DNA from: a virus
Direction: 5' to 3' (one strand)
Virus record (IMG/VR): IMGVR_UViG_3300043788_000063
Length of the DNA: 37,152 nucleotides
The translations under genes were made by a program, and so were the position numbers. The notes below the pieces were generated by a model. It was not told the origin of the DNA and ran no database searches. It saw only the letters and a program-made list of their open reading frames with translations. Within the stretch, counting starts at the first letter, position 1. Each line of letters opens with the position of its first letter. Positions 22,621 to 31,335 of the stretch are shown here, one piece after another.

Positions 22621-22971
22621 ATGGACGAGACGAATGTCCTGAAAATTTCGGTCTTAAACTCCGACGCCGGGCGGATGTTCAATCTGTATCTTCGGGATGA
22701 CAGGTACCGGGCATGGCTGGATTTTCTGAATCGCCATCGGCAACCGGACGCCAAGCCGGGCATGCCCGGTCTCAGTTGGGCGGCGATTCAGGGGCTTGAC
22801 GCCATCTTTGAGAAGCGTCCAAAGTCGTTCCCCGTGCGTGACATCCTTGCATTCCTAGCCAGCGACTACCATCCGCACTCGTCCTGTCCTGCTGTCACTA
22901 CAGCCGAGGTTGAGCTTGTTCTTGAGCAGTTCGGTAAGGTCTACCCGCCTGACGCCCAGGTGGACGCATGA
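22621..22971 (+). CDS. Hypothetical protein (116 aa)
   Basis: ATG 22621 within ORF track 22552..22971. RBS GGGAAG. Confidence 0.5.
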   Translation: MDETNVLKISVLNSDAGRMFNLYLRDDRYRAWLDFLNRHRQPDAKPGMPGLSWAAIQGLDAIFEKRPKSFPVRDILAFLASDYHPHSSCPAVTTAEVELVLEQFGKVYPPDAQVDA

Positions 22972-23579
22972 GTTATCAGAGCCGGATACGTGAAATTCAA
23001 TCCGCTTTCATGCTCGGCTTCCAAGATCGTGAGACCTGCATTTCAATGTTTGAAGGGTTGCTTCACGAGTACGGTTTGCTCCCCGTGGAGGAACAGCTTG
23101 ACCGCACGATCACGAACGAGAATTTCCTCGCACTACTCAAGGCGGCAAAAGAACACAGGGGTATCCACGATGCCCAGCCGACTGACCCCAACCAGAAGCT
23201 TGAAAACCTGAAGAAAGCGGAAGAGAACTTGAGGAAACTCACCCATTGGATGGAGCGGATGTCGCAGGGTGCGACCGATCAACGCTACAGGATCGCTGAC
23301 TCCGTGAACCGTCAATGCCCGGTGTGCCAGAAGCCCACTACTGCCTTGTTTAATCGAGTGCAGAGCCTAGACCACCAAACAGTCCCCGTAGACCCTCCAC
23401 GCTGCCAGCCCTGCATGCTTAAGTGGGTTGAAGAACGGTTCGGGAAGCCTGCGAACACAGCGGTGATGCCGGAACCTGCGCCCACTACCGTGGACGGGAG
23501 CCGAGTCAGTCCCCTGAGCACGTCCGAGACGGACTTCTTCGCAGAATACGAAAAGCAGATGCAAGAACCTCAGTCCTGA
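22968..23579 (+). CDS. Hypothetical protein with a zinc ribbon and a C-terminal FFAEYEKQMQ motif (203 aa)
   Basis: ATGA overlap. CPVCQK...C..C. The C-terminus SETDFFAEYEKQMQEPQS parallels the 956..1360 product. Confidence 0.55.
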   Translation: MSYQSRIREIQSAFMLGFQDRETCISMFEGLLHEYGLLPVEEQLDRTITNENFLALLKAAKEHRGIHDAQPTDPNQKLENLKKAEENLRKLTHWMERMSQGATDQRYRIADSVNRQCPVCQKPTTALFNRVQSLDHQTVPVDPPRCQPCMLKWVEERFGKPANTAVMPEPAPTTVDGSRVSPLSTSETDFFAEYEKQMQEPQS

Positions 23580-23593
23580 GGTATTATAAAAGC

Positions 23594-23959
23594 ATGAGCT
23601 TGGCTGCGTTCGTTCAGCAATACATCAAACCCTCTCGCTGGTGGAGACGCCAGAGAACCATCCAGATCACCATCTGGCCCCGCTTCCTAGCGCAGTACCT
23701 CTGCCCGCACATCAACAAGCAGATGATCATGTGGGACACGGAGGCGAAGACCAAGACCAGCATGTGCTTGGACTGCTACAAACATGTCATGGAAGCGAAC
23801 AACTGCGCCCACGGAGAAGTTCACGGGCACATGTACGAGACCGAAGGCTCGCGGCTCGTTCCGCGCAGCTACCTTTGCGATCACTGCGGCGTGGAACTTG
23901 AACCGAAGGACTTGCCCACGGACGTGCGTGTCGCGCATCTAAGTATTGAGGCACACTAA
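23594..23959 (+). CDS. Cys/His-rich small protein (121 aa)
   Basis: ORF track. Contains CLDCYKH...C.H.E.H...CDHCG. Confidence 0.5.
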   Translation: MSLAAFVQQYIKPSRWWRRQRTIQITIWPRFLAQYLCPHINKQMIMWDTEAKTKTSMCLDCYKHVMEANNCAHGEVHGHMYETEGSRLVPRSYLCDHCGVELEPKDLPTDVRVAHLSIEAH

Positions 23960-24687
23960 TGGAAACGACTCTGAACAGCATACTGAATACGTTGGCGGCG
24001 ATGGTCTCACCGGGCATCACGACCAAGTACCTTGACGAGCAGGCTGAACTGATGTGCAGCATCCACAACGTCAAGCCAGCGTTCAAGGGCTACAAGCCCG
24101 AGGGCTTCGGCAAGCCGGAAGGCTACCCGAACTGCCTGTGCGTCTCAATCAACGACGAAGTCATCCACGGCATCCCGTCCGACCGGAAAATTCAGGAAGG
24201 CGACGTGGTGAAGCTTGACATGGGCATTGAGAAAGATGGACAATTCGACGACGGTGCGACGACAGTGCTGGTCGGCGAGTATGACGTGAAGACCGGGCAC
24301 ATCTACGGCGTGTCTGCCATGGCTCGCAAGCTCGTCAAGGCGACCAAGGAAGCGTTGGAAGCCGGAGTGGCGCAGGCGAAGGCCGGGAAGACCACGCACG
24401 ACATCGCGGCCGCGGTGGAAGCTGTGGCGAAGAAGTACGATCTGCACGTCGTTCATGGCTACGGCGGGCACGGGATCGGCGAGCAACTTCACATGGAGCC
24501 GCACATCCCGAACGAGATCGCTGGGTCGGCACCTCCAGTAGAACTCAAGGCAGGCATGAGGGTCGCCATTGAACCGATGTTCGGCACGAACCACGGGTTC
24601 ACGCAAGTGGCAAAGGACGGCTGGACGGTGAAGCTCCGCAACGGTGGGCTTGCTGCGCACTTTGAACAGACAGTCACAATTGAATAA
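23959..24687 (+). CDS. map: Methionine aminopeptidase, type I
   Basis: HGIPSDRKIQEGDVVKLDMGIEKDGQFDDGATT (metal-binding D/D), HGYGGHGIGEQLHMEPHIPN and AIEPM are MetAP signatures. Confidence 0.85.
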   Translation: METTLNSILNTLAAMVSPGITTKYLDEQAELMCSIHNVKPAFKGYKPEGFGKPEGYPNCLCVSINDEVIHGIPSDRKIQEGDVVKLDMGIEKDGQFDDGATTVLVGEYDVKTGHIYGVSAMARKLVKATKEALEAGVAQAKAGKTTHDIAAAVEAVAKKYDLHVVHGYGGHGIGEQLHMEPHIPNEIAGSAPPVELKAGMRVAIEPMFGTNHGFTQVAKDGWTVKLRNGGLAAHFEQTVTIE

Positions 24688-24698
24688 CCGGGGGCTAT

Positions 24699-24908
24699 AT
24701 GAGCAGCAAGAGGCACCAGCGCCGGAAGGCATGCGGTGGCAAGGAACAGCACCCTAATCAGGCAGGCGCAGTGCGCCATCTCATTTCACTCAAGCACAAG
24801 GGCGACTACGGGCTGATAACTTACAAATGCCCGTTCGGCGATCACTGGCATGTCGGCCATCCTCCACGTAAAGTTCGGCAGGCGCTTTCCTCAAAAGGAG
24901 TCTGGTAA
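24699..24908 (+). CDS. Small basic protein with a CPFGDHWHVGH motif (69 aa)
   Basis: ORF track. RBS GGGGG upstream. Confidence 0.45.
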   Translation: MSSKRHQRRKACGGKEQHPNQAGAVRHLISLKHKGDYGLITYKCPFGDHWHVGHPPRKVRQALSSKGVW

Positions 24909-24929
24909 TTTTCCCAGTATTATTGGTAT

Positions 24930-25379
24930 ATGGGCAAGATAAAATCTTCTGCACCCGCAACCACCAAAGCCTTGCAAGCATGGCAGTCCGAACTCCGTCG
25001 CCTTGAAAAGCGACTGGAGGAATGGTCCAACGAACTCACCGCACGTGAGGAGAACTTGGAGCGACAAGAAGCTGCGTTCGCTGACGTTCTTGACAACGCT
25101 GACGGGGAGACGGTTCAGCTTTACGCCGACAAGTTCGCCCCAAGCGATGAGCCTTGCGACGATGACTGCGGTTGCACACCAGAAGATGCCGCCTCCAACT
25201 GCGATTGCCCGAAGTGCTCCAGCACTAGGACAGATTGGGCGAATACGAAGCATCCGCAAACCAACGGGTTCGGGTTTCCCGATGACGAGCCGCTTATGTC
25301 CATGCAACCAGCAGGCGACGAGGTCACATGGCTTGAGAATCTCTGGAAGCTGGAAGACGGCAGGAAAAAGAAGAAATGA
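24930..25379 (+). CDS. Hypothetical protein: N-terminal coiled coil, Cys-rich middle, C-terminal LWKLEDGRKKKK
   Basis: ORF track. The C-terminal motif is shared with the 28682..28909 product. Confidence 0.5.
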   Translation: MGKIKSSAPATTKALQAWQSELRRLEKRLEEWSNELTAREENLERQEAAFADVLDNADGETVQLYADKFAPSDEPCDDDCGCTPEDAASNCDCPKCSSTRTDWANTKHPQTNGFGFPDDEPLMSMQPAGDEVTWLENLWKLEDGRKKKK

Positions 25380-25804
25380 CTTGGTCAATACAGGAATTTC
25401 GTTTTGTCCGGGTCGCACTGTTCAACCAGCACGACACCCATTTCGCAACCTTTGACATGCCAGAACTTCCCCGTGAAGGCGATGTCATTGAGATCGCATT
25501 CCCGAACGATCAGCCCGGCAAGTCCTTCATCGTGGAACGTGTCGTCCACCAGATGGTCTACGATACTGAACACGTCCAGCATGAGATTGATGCACCGTGG
25601 CATTGGGAACTCCGGCTGTATGGTGAGTTGGAAGAACCTTACGAGGAAGCGATTTGCGTCTGCGCACAGGGCGTAACGAAATGTCCGAAGCACAGCGACC
25701 AGCCTGCTGTCCGTGACATCTGTCCCCTATGCAATAAAGCCGTTCTAGGGTATTGTGCGCAAGGCGTCTATTGCACCGACGAGAACTGCAAGTACGTCTC
25801 GTAA
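25376..25804 (+). CDS. Hypothetical protein with a Cys-rich C-terminus (142 aa)
   Basis: ATGA overlap. Confidence 0.5.
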   Translation: MTWSIQEFRFVRVALFNQHDTHFATFDMPELPREGDVIEIAFPNDQPGKSFIVERVVHQMVYDTEHVQHEIDAPWHWELRLYGELEEPYEEAICVCAQGVTKCPKHSDQPAVRDICPLCNKAVLGYCAQGVYCTDENCKYVS

Positions 25805-25812
25805 ACACACAA

Positions 25813-25859
25813 AGACCCTTGCGGAAACGCTGTAGATACACGTCGTCCGTCAAGGGTCT
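25813..25859 (+). repeat. 9-bp inverted repeat (AGACCCTTG...CAAGGGTCT) with a 29-nt spacer, in the 312-bp non-coding region 25805-26116
   Basis: Read directly. The region also holds direct repeats TGTAGATA x2 (25831, 25863) and TGCTAGGA x2 (25903, 25949). Confidence 0.5.
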
Positions 25860-26067
25860 CGGTGTAGATATGCCGCAAGCGGCTGGATCACCCCCCTTAA
25901 ATTGCTAGGACGTTTGTAAAGCGATTGCTCCCGTAGGTTGAGGTTACTGCTAGGAATTGCTGAAGGTTCATGCTTTCCTCCTCGGGAATCGGGACGACTG
26001 AGTATTTAGTTGTGGGGCAGCTTTCACTGCCGTACTACCTAAAGAGGGGCATAGCGAGTAAATCGGC

Positions 26068-26101
26068 GCTGCCTTGCGAACCTAGAGGAAAGCAAGGCAG
26101 C
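26068..26101 (+). promoter_or_regulatory. Perfect 10-bp hairpin (GCTGCCTTGC / GCAAGGCAGC) whose 14-nt loop carries an SD-like AGAGGA, 16 nt upstream of ATG 26117
   Basis: Read directly. No other SD lies within range of the 26117 start. Confidence 0.5.
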
Positions 26102-26116
26102 CCCCATGGTAACCTT

Positions 26117-27685
26117 ATGAGCGAAGACAACCTACTGCGCCGAGTGTTCGGCATGCTCCAAGACAATGTCCGCATCTACCAGATCGCGGAAGACCGTGAA
26201 GTCATGCGGGACGAATTTCAGTACTGCCAAGTGATGTACAAAATCGTGTTCGGCGACAAGGGTTTCATTGACACCTTGGGACCGACGTGGCGGATGATTC
26301 ACGACCCACGTTTTGTTGCCATTGAGAACATGATGGTGCAGGAACGCAAGGCGATCTTCGGCGGCGACGCCCGCATCGGCAGGCAGTATTTCAACGACGA
26401 CGGCGTGATGAATTCCACCGTGTCTGACCTTGAAAAGTACGCTGAGATTCTCGGCGAGGGACGCAACTTCCACAACGTTCTCGTCCACGCCGACTCAAGG
26501 TGCCAGAAGCGTTTGTGGCTGGAGCGCATCTACACCGGGTACACCAACATCAAACCCTACGCCGATTTCGGCTGTACCTGCGAGACCGCTTCAACCGAAC
26601 CGACCGAATTCTACAAGGCACCGGAAGAGGATGTCTGGGCGCTGATCAAGCAGGAATGCCCCAACCGATCCTTCACACAGGGCGGAAACAAGACAGCGTA
26701 CGGCAAGCTGATGTACAACCTGATCCGTGCCGACCTGATCGGCCTCATCCATGACTACGCTGAGACTCCGCTGATTGACAGCTACGTCTACTTGCGTGAC
26801 CACGGCGTCGTGACCGCAACCGAGTCAGTCGCTTCCATTGACCCGCACGGGCAGGAAGCGCCACGAGTTCTCCAAGAGGTTGACATTCTTGAACAAGCAC
26901 TCACGCACCGTGCCACGCTGCGTGTCACGGCGTATAAGATTCTGAAGAAGATCGGATTTGAACAAAAGCTGGCACAACTTGCCGGGCCGAACTTTGATCT
27001 TACCGACATGGAGCGTGATGAACTACTGCGCATGGTGTACGAGTCCGATTATCCCGAGCCTGACCCCAGTTTCGCCACCGGGACAACCATTTCTGTTCCC
27101 CTGAACTGGCGTCCGTTTAGCGACCGCTTGCGTGAGTGGGAGCAGACGCTTGAACAGAACCTCTTGAACTACGTGCGGGACAATTGCATGGGTCTTGACT
27201 ACCCGCTACGTGAGTCGGCTCAGCTTGCCATTGAACAGCAAGAAGCGCAGAAGACCGTCGCCGGGTTGCTGGACGGCACCATCCAACCGATCAACTCCTA
27301 CACCGAACCCACGGCGGAAATCCCAGCCGACCAAAGTGAGACCGAAGTTATGAGGTACGCTGCCATGATGGAAGCGATCATGGCGAACGAGTTCAAGCAG
27401 GAACTTTATCTGTTGCTGGTGGAAGCCGAGAAGGCTGGCGAAACCGCCATCATTGACATCCTCTTCCCAGTGTTCCTGACGCCCGAGTACCCTCTTGGCG
27501 AACGGGAGTTCTATCAGATTCTTGAGCGCATCCGCATCGGCAGCAAGTCGCTACGTGCCGAGCGCATGGACGCCATCCGGGGAGTCAAGCAGATCACTGA
27601 CAAGACCGGGGGCAAGCCGGAACTGGTGGAGACCGAAGGGGAGTTCCACTCCAAAGATAACCCAGGCGGAATCTACAAGTATTGA
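26117..27685 (+). CDS. Hypothetical protein (~522 aa)
   Basis: First ATG (26117) of the long ORF 25970..27685. The upstream in-frame stretch lies inside the structured non-coding region. Confidence 0.6.
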   Translation: MSEDNLLRRVFGMLQDNVRIYQIAEDREVMRDEFQYCQVMYKIVFGDKGFIDTLGPTWRMIHDPRFVAIENMMVQERKAIFGGDARIGRQYFNDDGVMNSTVSDLEKYAEILGEGRNFHNVLVHADSRCQKRLWLERIYTGYTNIKPYADFGCTCETASTEPTEFYKAPEEDVWALIKQECPNRSFTQGGNKTAYGKLMYNLIRADLIGLIHDYAETPLIDSYVYLRDHGVVTATESVASIDPHGQEAPRVLQEVDILEQALTHRATLRVTAYKILKKIGFEQKLAQLAGPNFDLTDMERDELLRMVYESDYPEPDPSFATGTTISVPLNWRPFSDRLREWEQTLEQNLLNYVRDNCMGLDYPLRESAQLAIEQQEAQKTVAGLLDGTIQPINSYTEPTAEIPADQSETEVMRYAAMMEAIMANEFKQELYLLLVEAEKAGETAIIDILFPVFLTPEYPLGEREFYQILERIRIGSKSLRAERMDAIRGVKQITDKTGGKPELVETEGEFHSKDNPGGIYKY

Positions 27686-27699
27686 GTATCATATAAGAC

Positions 27700-28260
27700 A
27701 TGGACACTCATTATTACGAACTCCATGTGACCGTTCTGCCTCAGCAAATCCTAGAGTTTGCAGCCTTCTGCACAAAGCTCAACGCGAAGCCGCTGTACAT
27801 CCAGCTTGACCGGGGCATCCACAAAAACCAACCCATGCTTGCCGTCACGACCATGCTGCCGGATGACATGTCCGCCAAAGCTTGGGCGATAGATTACGGC
27901 GAACTTGTCGCAGAACATTTCCCCGTCTCGCGGGTTAAACTAGAGTCCCGGCTCATTGAGGGACCGAACGAGTACTACGAGGCGCACTGGAAGCTGAACT
28001 TCCCGCACGGCGACTCGGAGTGTCAGCTTGCTGCGTTCGTGGAAGGCAAGCCGCACATGCTGCGGAGCTACAATCTCTTTGATTCACGCATCCAATACCT
28101 TTCCCAGCGCATCTATGGATTAAGCGATCCGCTGGTTGGAAGCGACGTGTTCAACGCAAGCGGCGCTGTAATTAACCTCAGCGGCTTGCCGCTGGTGAAG
28201 ACACATTACGAACGCTGCGTTTGGGACTCAAACCCCGCCTTGGATTACGGGTGGGGATAA
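27700..28260 (+). CDS. Hypothetical protein (186 aa)
   Basis: ORF track. Confidence 0.55.
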   Translation: MDTHYYELHVTVLPQQILEFAAFCTKLNAKPLYIQLDRGIHKNQPMLAVTTMLPDDMSAKAWAIDYGELVAEHFPVSRVKLESRLIEGPNEYYEAHWKLNFPHGDSECQLAAFVEGKPHMLRSYNLFDSRIQYLSQRIYGLSDPLVGSDVFNASGAVINLSGLPLVKTHYERCVWDSNPALDYGWG

Positions 28261-28269
28261 ACGACAACT

Positions 28270-28662
28270 ATGCACTTCTCCCATAGGTGCTCCATGAATA
28301 GCCATCGCTGCCTCATCCCCGACGACAACGACAACTGCGTTGAGTGCGGCAAGCACATTGACCTTCCCGACTGGGAAGGTCCGATGCCCGATCTCGGAGA
28401 CATCGTTGGCATTTGCAAGTTGATTGACGCAACCGCCGCCGAATTCGTCCGGGCGGTTTGGGAAAACACCGATCCTCACGATTCGTCAATCCCACGTTTG
28501 CGCCGCATGGACAACGGAATCATCCGTGTTCCACACCAGACCCTCCTCCGAATGATTGTCCAGCCCCCGTACCAAGAGGCGAAGGCCTTAGGCTACCGGG
28601 GCACCATTGACCGCTTCTACACGCTCGTTTGTGAGCGCATGCCCGCTGTAACCTCGCACTAA
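28270..28662 (+). CDS. Hypothetical protein (130 aa; CVECGKH)
   Basis: ORF track. Confidence 0.5.
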   Translation: MHFSHRCSMNSHRCLIPDDNDNCVECGKHIDLPDWEGPMPDLGDIVGICKLIDATAAEFVRAVWENTDPHDSSIPRLRRMDNGIIRVPHQTLLRMIVQPPYQEAKALGYRGTIDRFYTLVCERMPAVTSH

Positions 28663-28681
28663 ACTCTGCTATCATAGCTTC

Positions 28682-28909
28682 ATGAGAATCGTCTTCGTCC
28701 TCGGTGACGGTCGCACCGTTGAGGTGCCGTTTGACCAAGTGCAACTCACCTGTCCTGATCCCCGTGTCCCAGAGAACGTCGCTATTGAAGCAGAGGGGCA
28801 GCAGATCGGGTCGGTCATCTGGACTACCCCACGCATCCACGTAGTTTCTGATGTCGGAGATTCCGTCAAGTGGTGCGAAGAACTGTGGAAGCTGGAGGAC
28901 AAGCGGTGA
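28682..28909 (+). CDS. Small protein (75 aa) ending VKWCEELWKLEDKR
   Basis: ORF track. C-terminal motif shared with the 24930..25379 product. Confidence 0.45.
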   Translation: MRIVFVLGDGRTVEVPFDQVQLTCPDPRVPENVAIEAEGQQIGSVIWTTPRIHVVSDVGDSVKWCEELWKLEDKR

Positions 28910-29154
28910 GCGCCACCAACGATCCGAACTTAGTGTGGAGCGCAACGCTTGACGAGCGCTACCTGATTCGTGTCACTCGCACCGAACCATACTCGGGCGA
29001 GCTTGTCATCCTTGACGGAGACAAGGAACTCCACCGTGAGGAAGTCGTCCTGTCCTACAACGCCCTGTTTGGACCGGACGTGTTTGACGTTGAGGCATGG
29101 CAGGGTCGGGCGGTTGAGTTCATTGACGGAAAGGTAGCAGATGAAAATAATTGA
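28906..29154 (+). CDS. Hypothetical protein (82 aa)
   Basis: GTG 28906 (GTGA overlap) with GGAGG 7 nt upstream. An alternative in-frame ATG lies at 28870. Confidence 0.4.
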   Translation: MSATNDPNLVWSATLDERYLIRVTRTEPYSGELVILDGDKELHREEVVLSYNALFGPDVFDVEAWQGRAVEFIDGKVADENN

Positions 29155-29608
29155 ACCAGGTCATGTCTACGAACTTCGCTCCCTTGACGGCGACGGCACA
29201 CCGGAAACCATTACGTTCGTGAACCGTGAGCCGGGCACCGAGCATCCCGGCACCCAGACGCAGGAAGTCCTCCGTGCTCTGATTGACCGCACCATGCACT
29301 GCGACAACTGCATCCGCTGGCACAGCAATGACAAGATCATCTTCCACCTCCGCATGGCTCTCGCCCTCCACGAGTCCCGTGCTATTGAACGCAAGGCGGA
29401 GAAAGGCTACTACGCCGCCGAGCAGGTCTCAACCAGCGACCGAGACGGGCACTTCCAACTCATTGAAGACAACGTCTGCATGCCGCAACGTGGCGAGGAC
29501 GGCAAATCCGTGATCTCCGACGCCGAGATTTACCTCCGCAAGGACAAGAACGCCAAGGCGGAAGGCAAGCCCGCACAGTTTTGCATGCTTGGGAAAACCG
29601 AGGACTGA
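29141..29608 (+). CDS. Hypothetical protein (155 aa; CDNC)
   Basis: ORF track. Confidence 0.5.
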   Translation: MKIIEPGHVYELRSLDGDGTPETITFVNREPGTEHPGTQTQEVLRALIDRTMHCDNCIRWHSNDKIIFHLRMALALHESRAIERKAEKGYYAAEQVSTSDRDGHFQLIEDNVCMPQRGEDGKSVISDAEIYLRKDKNAKAEGKPAQFCMLGKTED

Positions 29609-29609
29609 G

Positions 29610-29921
29610 ATGTGGAACCCGTTCAAGCGCAAGAAGGCTCCCGTTGATCCTCTGATCTACGCGCTGTACAACCAGCACGCCTGCCCCGACTGCAACGGCG
29701 ACACGTTCACGATGGGACCGCAGGGCGGCATGTGCCAGAACATCAAGTGCTGCAACCCGAATTGCGGCTCCGAATTCAACGTATCCCCGTTTGAAGACGG
29801 GCAGTGGCTTGACAGCCCGTTCATCGTTGAACGTGTGGATCGCAGCGAAGCCGACAGCATGGCGATCTACGGCCGCGGCTACGGCTGGATGCACCTGCGC
29901 AAGGAGACGCTCAATGCCTGA
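29610..29921 (+). CDS. Zinc-ribbon protein (103 aa; CPDCNG...CCNPNCG)
   Basis: ATG 29610 just after the upstream TGA. Sits within ORF track 29589..29921. Confidence 0.5.
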   Translation: MWNPFKRKKAPVDPLIYALYNQHACPDCNGDTFTMGPQGGMCQNIKCCNPNCGSEFNVSPFEDGQWLDSPFIVERVDRSEADSMAIYGRGYGWMHLRKETLNA

Positions 29922-30195
29922 TCAAATTCAACCCTTTGCGGTCGGAACGCACATCTACTTTCTCAACCTCGGGCGCACGAGCGGTAAGAAGACGAGCGTC
30001 TACGAAGTCTACTCCAACTACGACGACCATCTGGGCACGATCAAGTGGTACAGCCCTTGGCGCAAGTACGTCTTCGCTCCGAGCACGGACACGCTCTACG
30101 AGGAGACCTGCATGCGGGAAATCTCCCAGTTCATTGAAGACCAGACCACGATCCAGCGCGAGGACGCCGCGAAGAGAAGGGCAGCGAAGGCATGA
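29914..30195 (+). CDS. Hypothetical protein (93 aa)
   Basis: ATG 29914 (ATGCCTGA overlap) within ORF track 29791..30195. Confidence 0.45.
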   Translation: MPDQIQPFAVGTHIYFLNLGRTSGKKTSVYEVYSNYDDHLGTIKWYSPWRKYVFAPSTDTLYEETCMREISQFIEDQTTIQREDAAKRRAAKA

Positions 30196-30356
30196 AGGTT
30201 AAGATGCAAGGCTTGAGCTTGGTGGTCACGTGTCGTTGCGGACGCCCGATGATCTTCAGCATTGAGGGCTACTTCTGCCCGGCACGAGGCGGGTGGAAGT
30301 TCTTCCTGCACGACAAGCCGATCTCCTACGCCGACGCGAGAAAGCGGATTGATTGA
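30192..30356 (+). CDS. Small Cys protein (54 aa; not in the ORF track)
   Basis: ATGA overlap at both ends. CRCGRPM...C. Confidence 0.3.
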   Translation: MKVKMQGLSLVVTCRCGRPMIFSIEGYFCPARGGWKFFLHDKPISYADARKRID

Positions 30357-30844
30357 TGCCGACAAAAGAAGAGTGGATTAGAGTACACGCCGATCTCATG
30401 GAGAAGCTGAAGCTGCCATGCAAGCTGCGATTTACTGATGAGACGCTGTGCGGGATGCACGACTGGGAAGACGACCTCTCGGAATGCCGTATCTCAGTGA
30501 ATCCCCGTGCCGACTTTCGTGTGCCGGAGCACCTCATCATCCACGAGGCGGCGCACCACAGGGTGATGTCACCGCTCATGGCCGGGTACTTCTCGGTTTA
30601 CGAGGCACGAGACGCCGGGGTCAACAGCGGTGAGTGCTGCCACACTTGGAGCAAGTCGCACTGTATGCACTGGGCTTGGTCTTTGCGTGACATGTACAAA
30701 GAGACTGGGATCACGCTGCCTCGCACCACGGGATTTGAGGAATTCGCCCGAGCCGCTGGGATCGTCCTCAAGAAGTTCTCGGCAGACCTCCACGAACAAA
30801 TGAATCAGGTCGCAAGAAACCCACATCTCATAGAGGGAGCCTGA
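30356..30844 (+). CDS. Hypothetical protein (~162 aa) with a HEAAHH motif
   Basis: ORF track 30353..30844. IIHEAAHHRV may form a metal-binding HExxH-like site (tentative). Confidence 0.5.
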   Translation: MPTKEEWIRVHADLMEKLKLPCKLRFTDETLCGMHDWEDDLSECRISVNPRADFRVPEHLIIHEAAHHRVMSPLMAGYFSVYEARDAGVNSGECCHTWSKSHCMHWAWSLRDMYKETGITLPRTTGFEEFARAAGIVLKKFSADLHEQMNQVARNPHLIEGA

Positions 30845-31035
30845 TGCCTGAAGTCCCAAACGCCTACAAATGTGATTACTGCAACGTGCTCATGGTTCCG
30901 ATAGAACGGAAGACCGAGCGCTGGCACACGAAGTGGTGTTCTGCCTGCGGAACCAAGCTCTGGGAAGTCTTCATCGGTGACCAATCTGCTACAATCAAAC
31001 GTGGCAACTGTTGTTTACGCAAGGAGAAAATATGA
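30844..31035 (+). CDS. Zinc-ribbon protein (63 aa; CDYCN...CSACG)
   Basis: ORF track. TGATG overlap. Confidence 0.45.
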   Translation: MPEVPNAYKCDYCNVLMVPIERKTERWHTKWCSACGTKLWEVFIGDQSATIKRGNCCLRKEKI

Positions 31036-31253
31036 AACTGAAAGCTCTCAAGAAATTGCTCAACGAACTCCCCGCTGAATTTGACAACAAGGATGTCGTC
31101 CTGCCGATTGATCCCGAGGGAAACGGCTACAACGGCTTGGCGGACGTGGTTACCTACGCCATGAAGAAAGAAGGGCACGGCTACGAGATGGTGTGGAACG
31201 AAGACGGCGAGACCCAGCCGAAGCCGAACACCGTCGTCCTTTGGCCCTCGTAA
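31032..31253 (+). CDS. Small protein (73 aa)
   Basis: RBS AAGGAG is 6 nt upstream of ATG 31032. ATGA overlap. Confidence 0.45.
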   Translation: MKLKALKKLLNELPAEFDNKDVVLPIDPEGNGYNGLADVVTYAMKKEGHGYEMVWNEDGETQPKPNTVVLWPS

Positions 31254-31282
31254 TCTGCTGATCAGTAAAGCTTTATAACAAC

Positions 31283-31312
31283 TGGACAATTTCATAGCCT
31301 TCGCTGTATACT
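31283..31312 (+). promoter_or_regulatory. Conserved promoter TGGACA-N18-TATACT (copy A), upstream of the rIIA-like gene
   Basis: AACTGGACAATTTCATAGCCTTCGCTGTATACTACTGG. Near-identical to copy B at 35188. Confidence 0.55.
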
Positions 31313-31335
31313 ACTGGTGCGAAGAAGGGAAGGCT

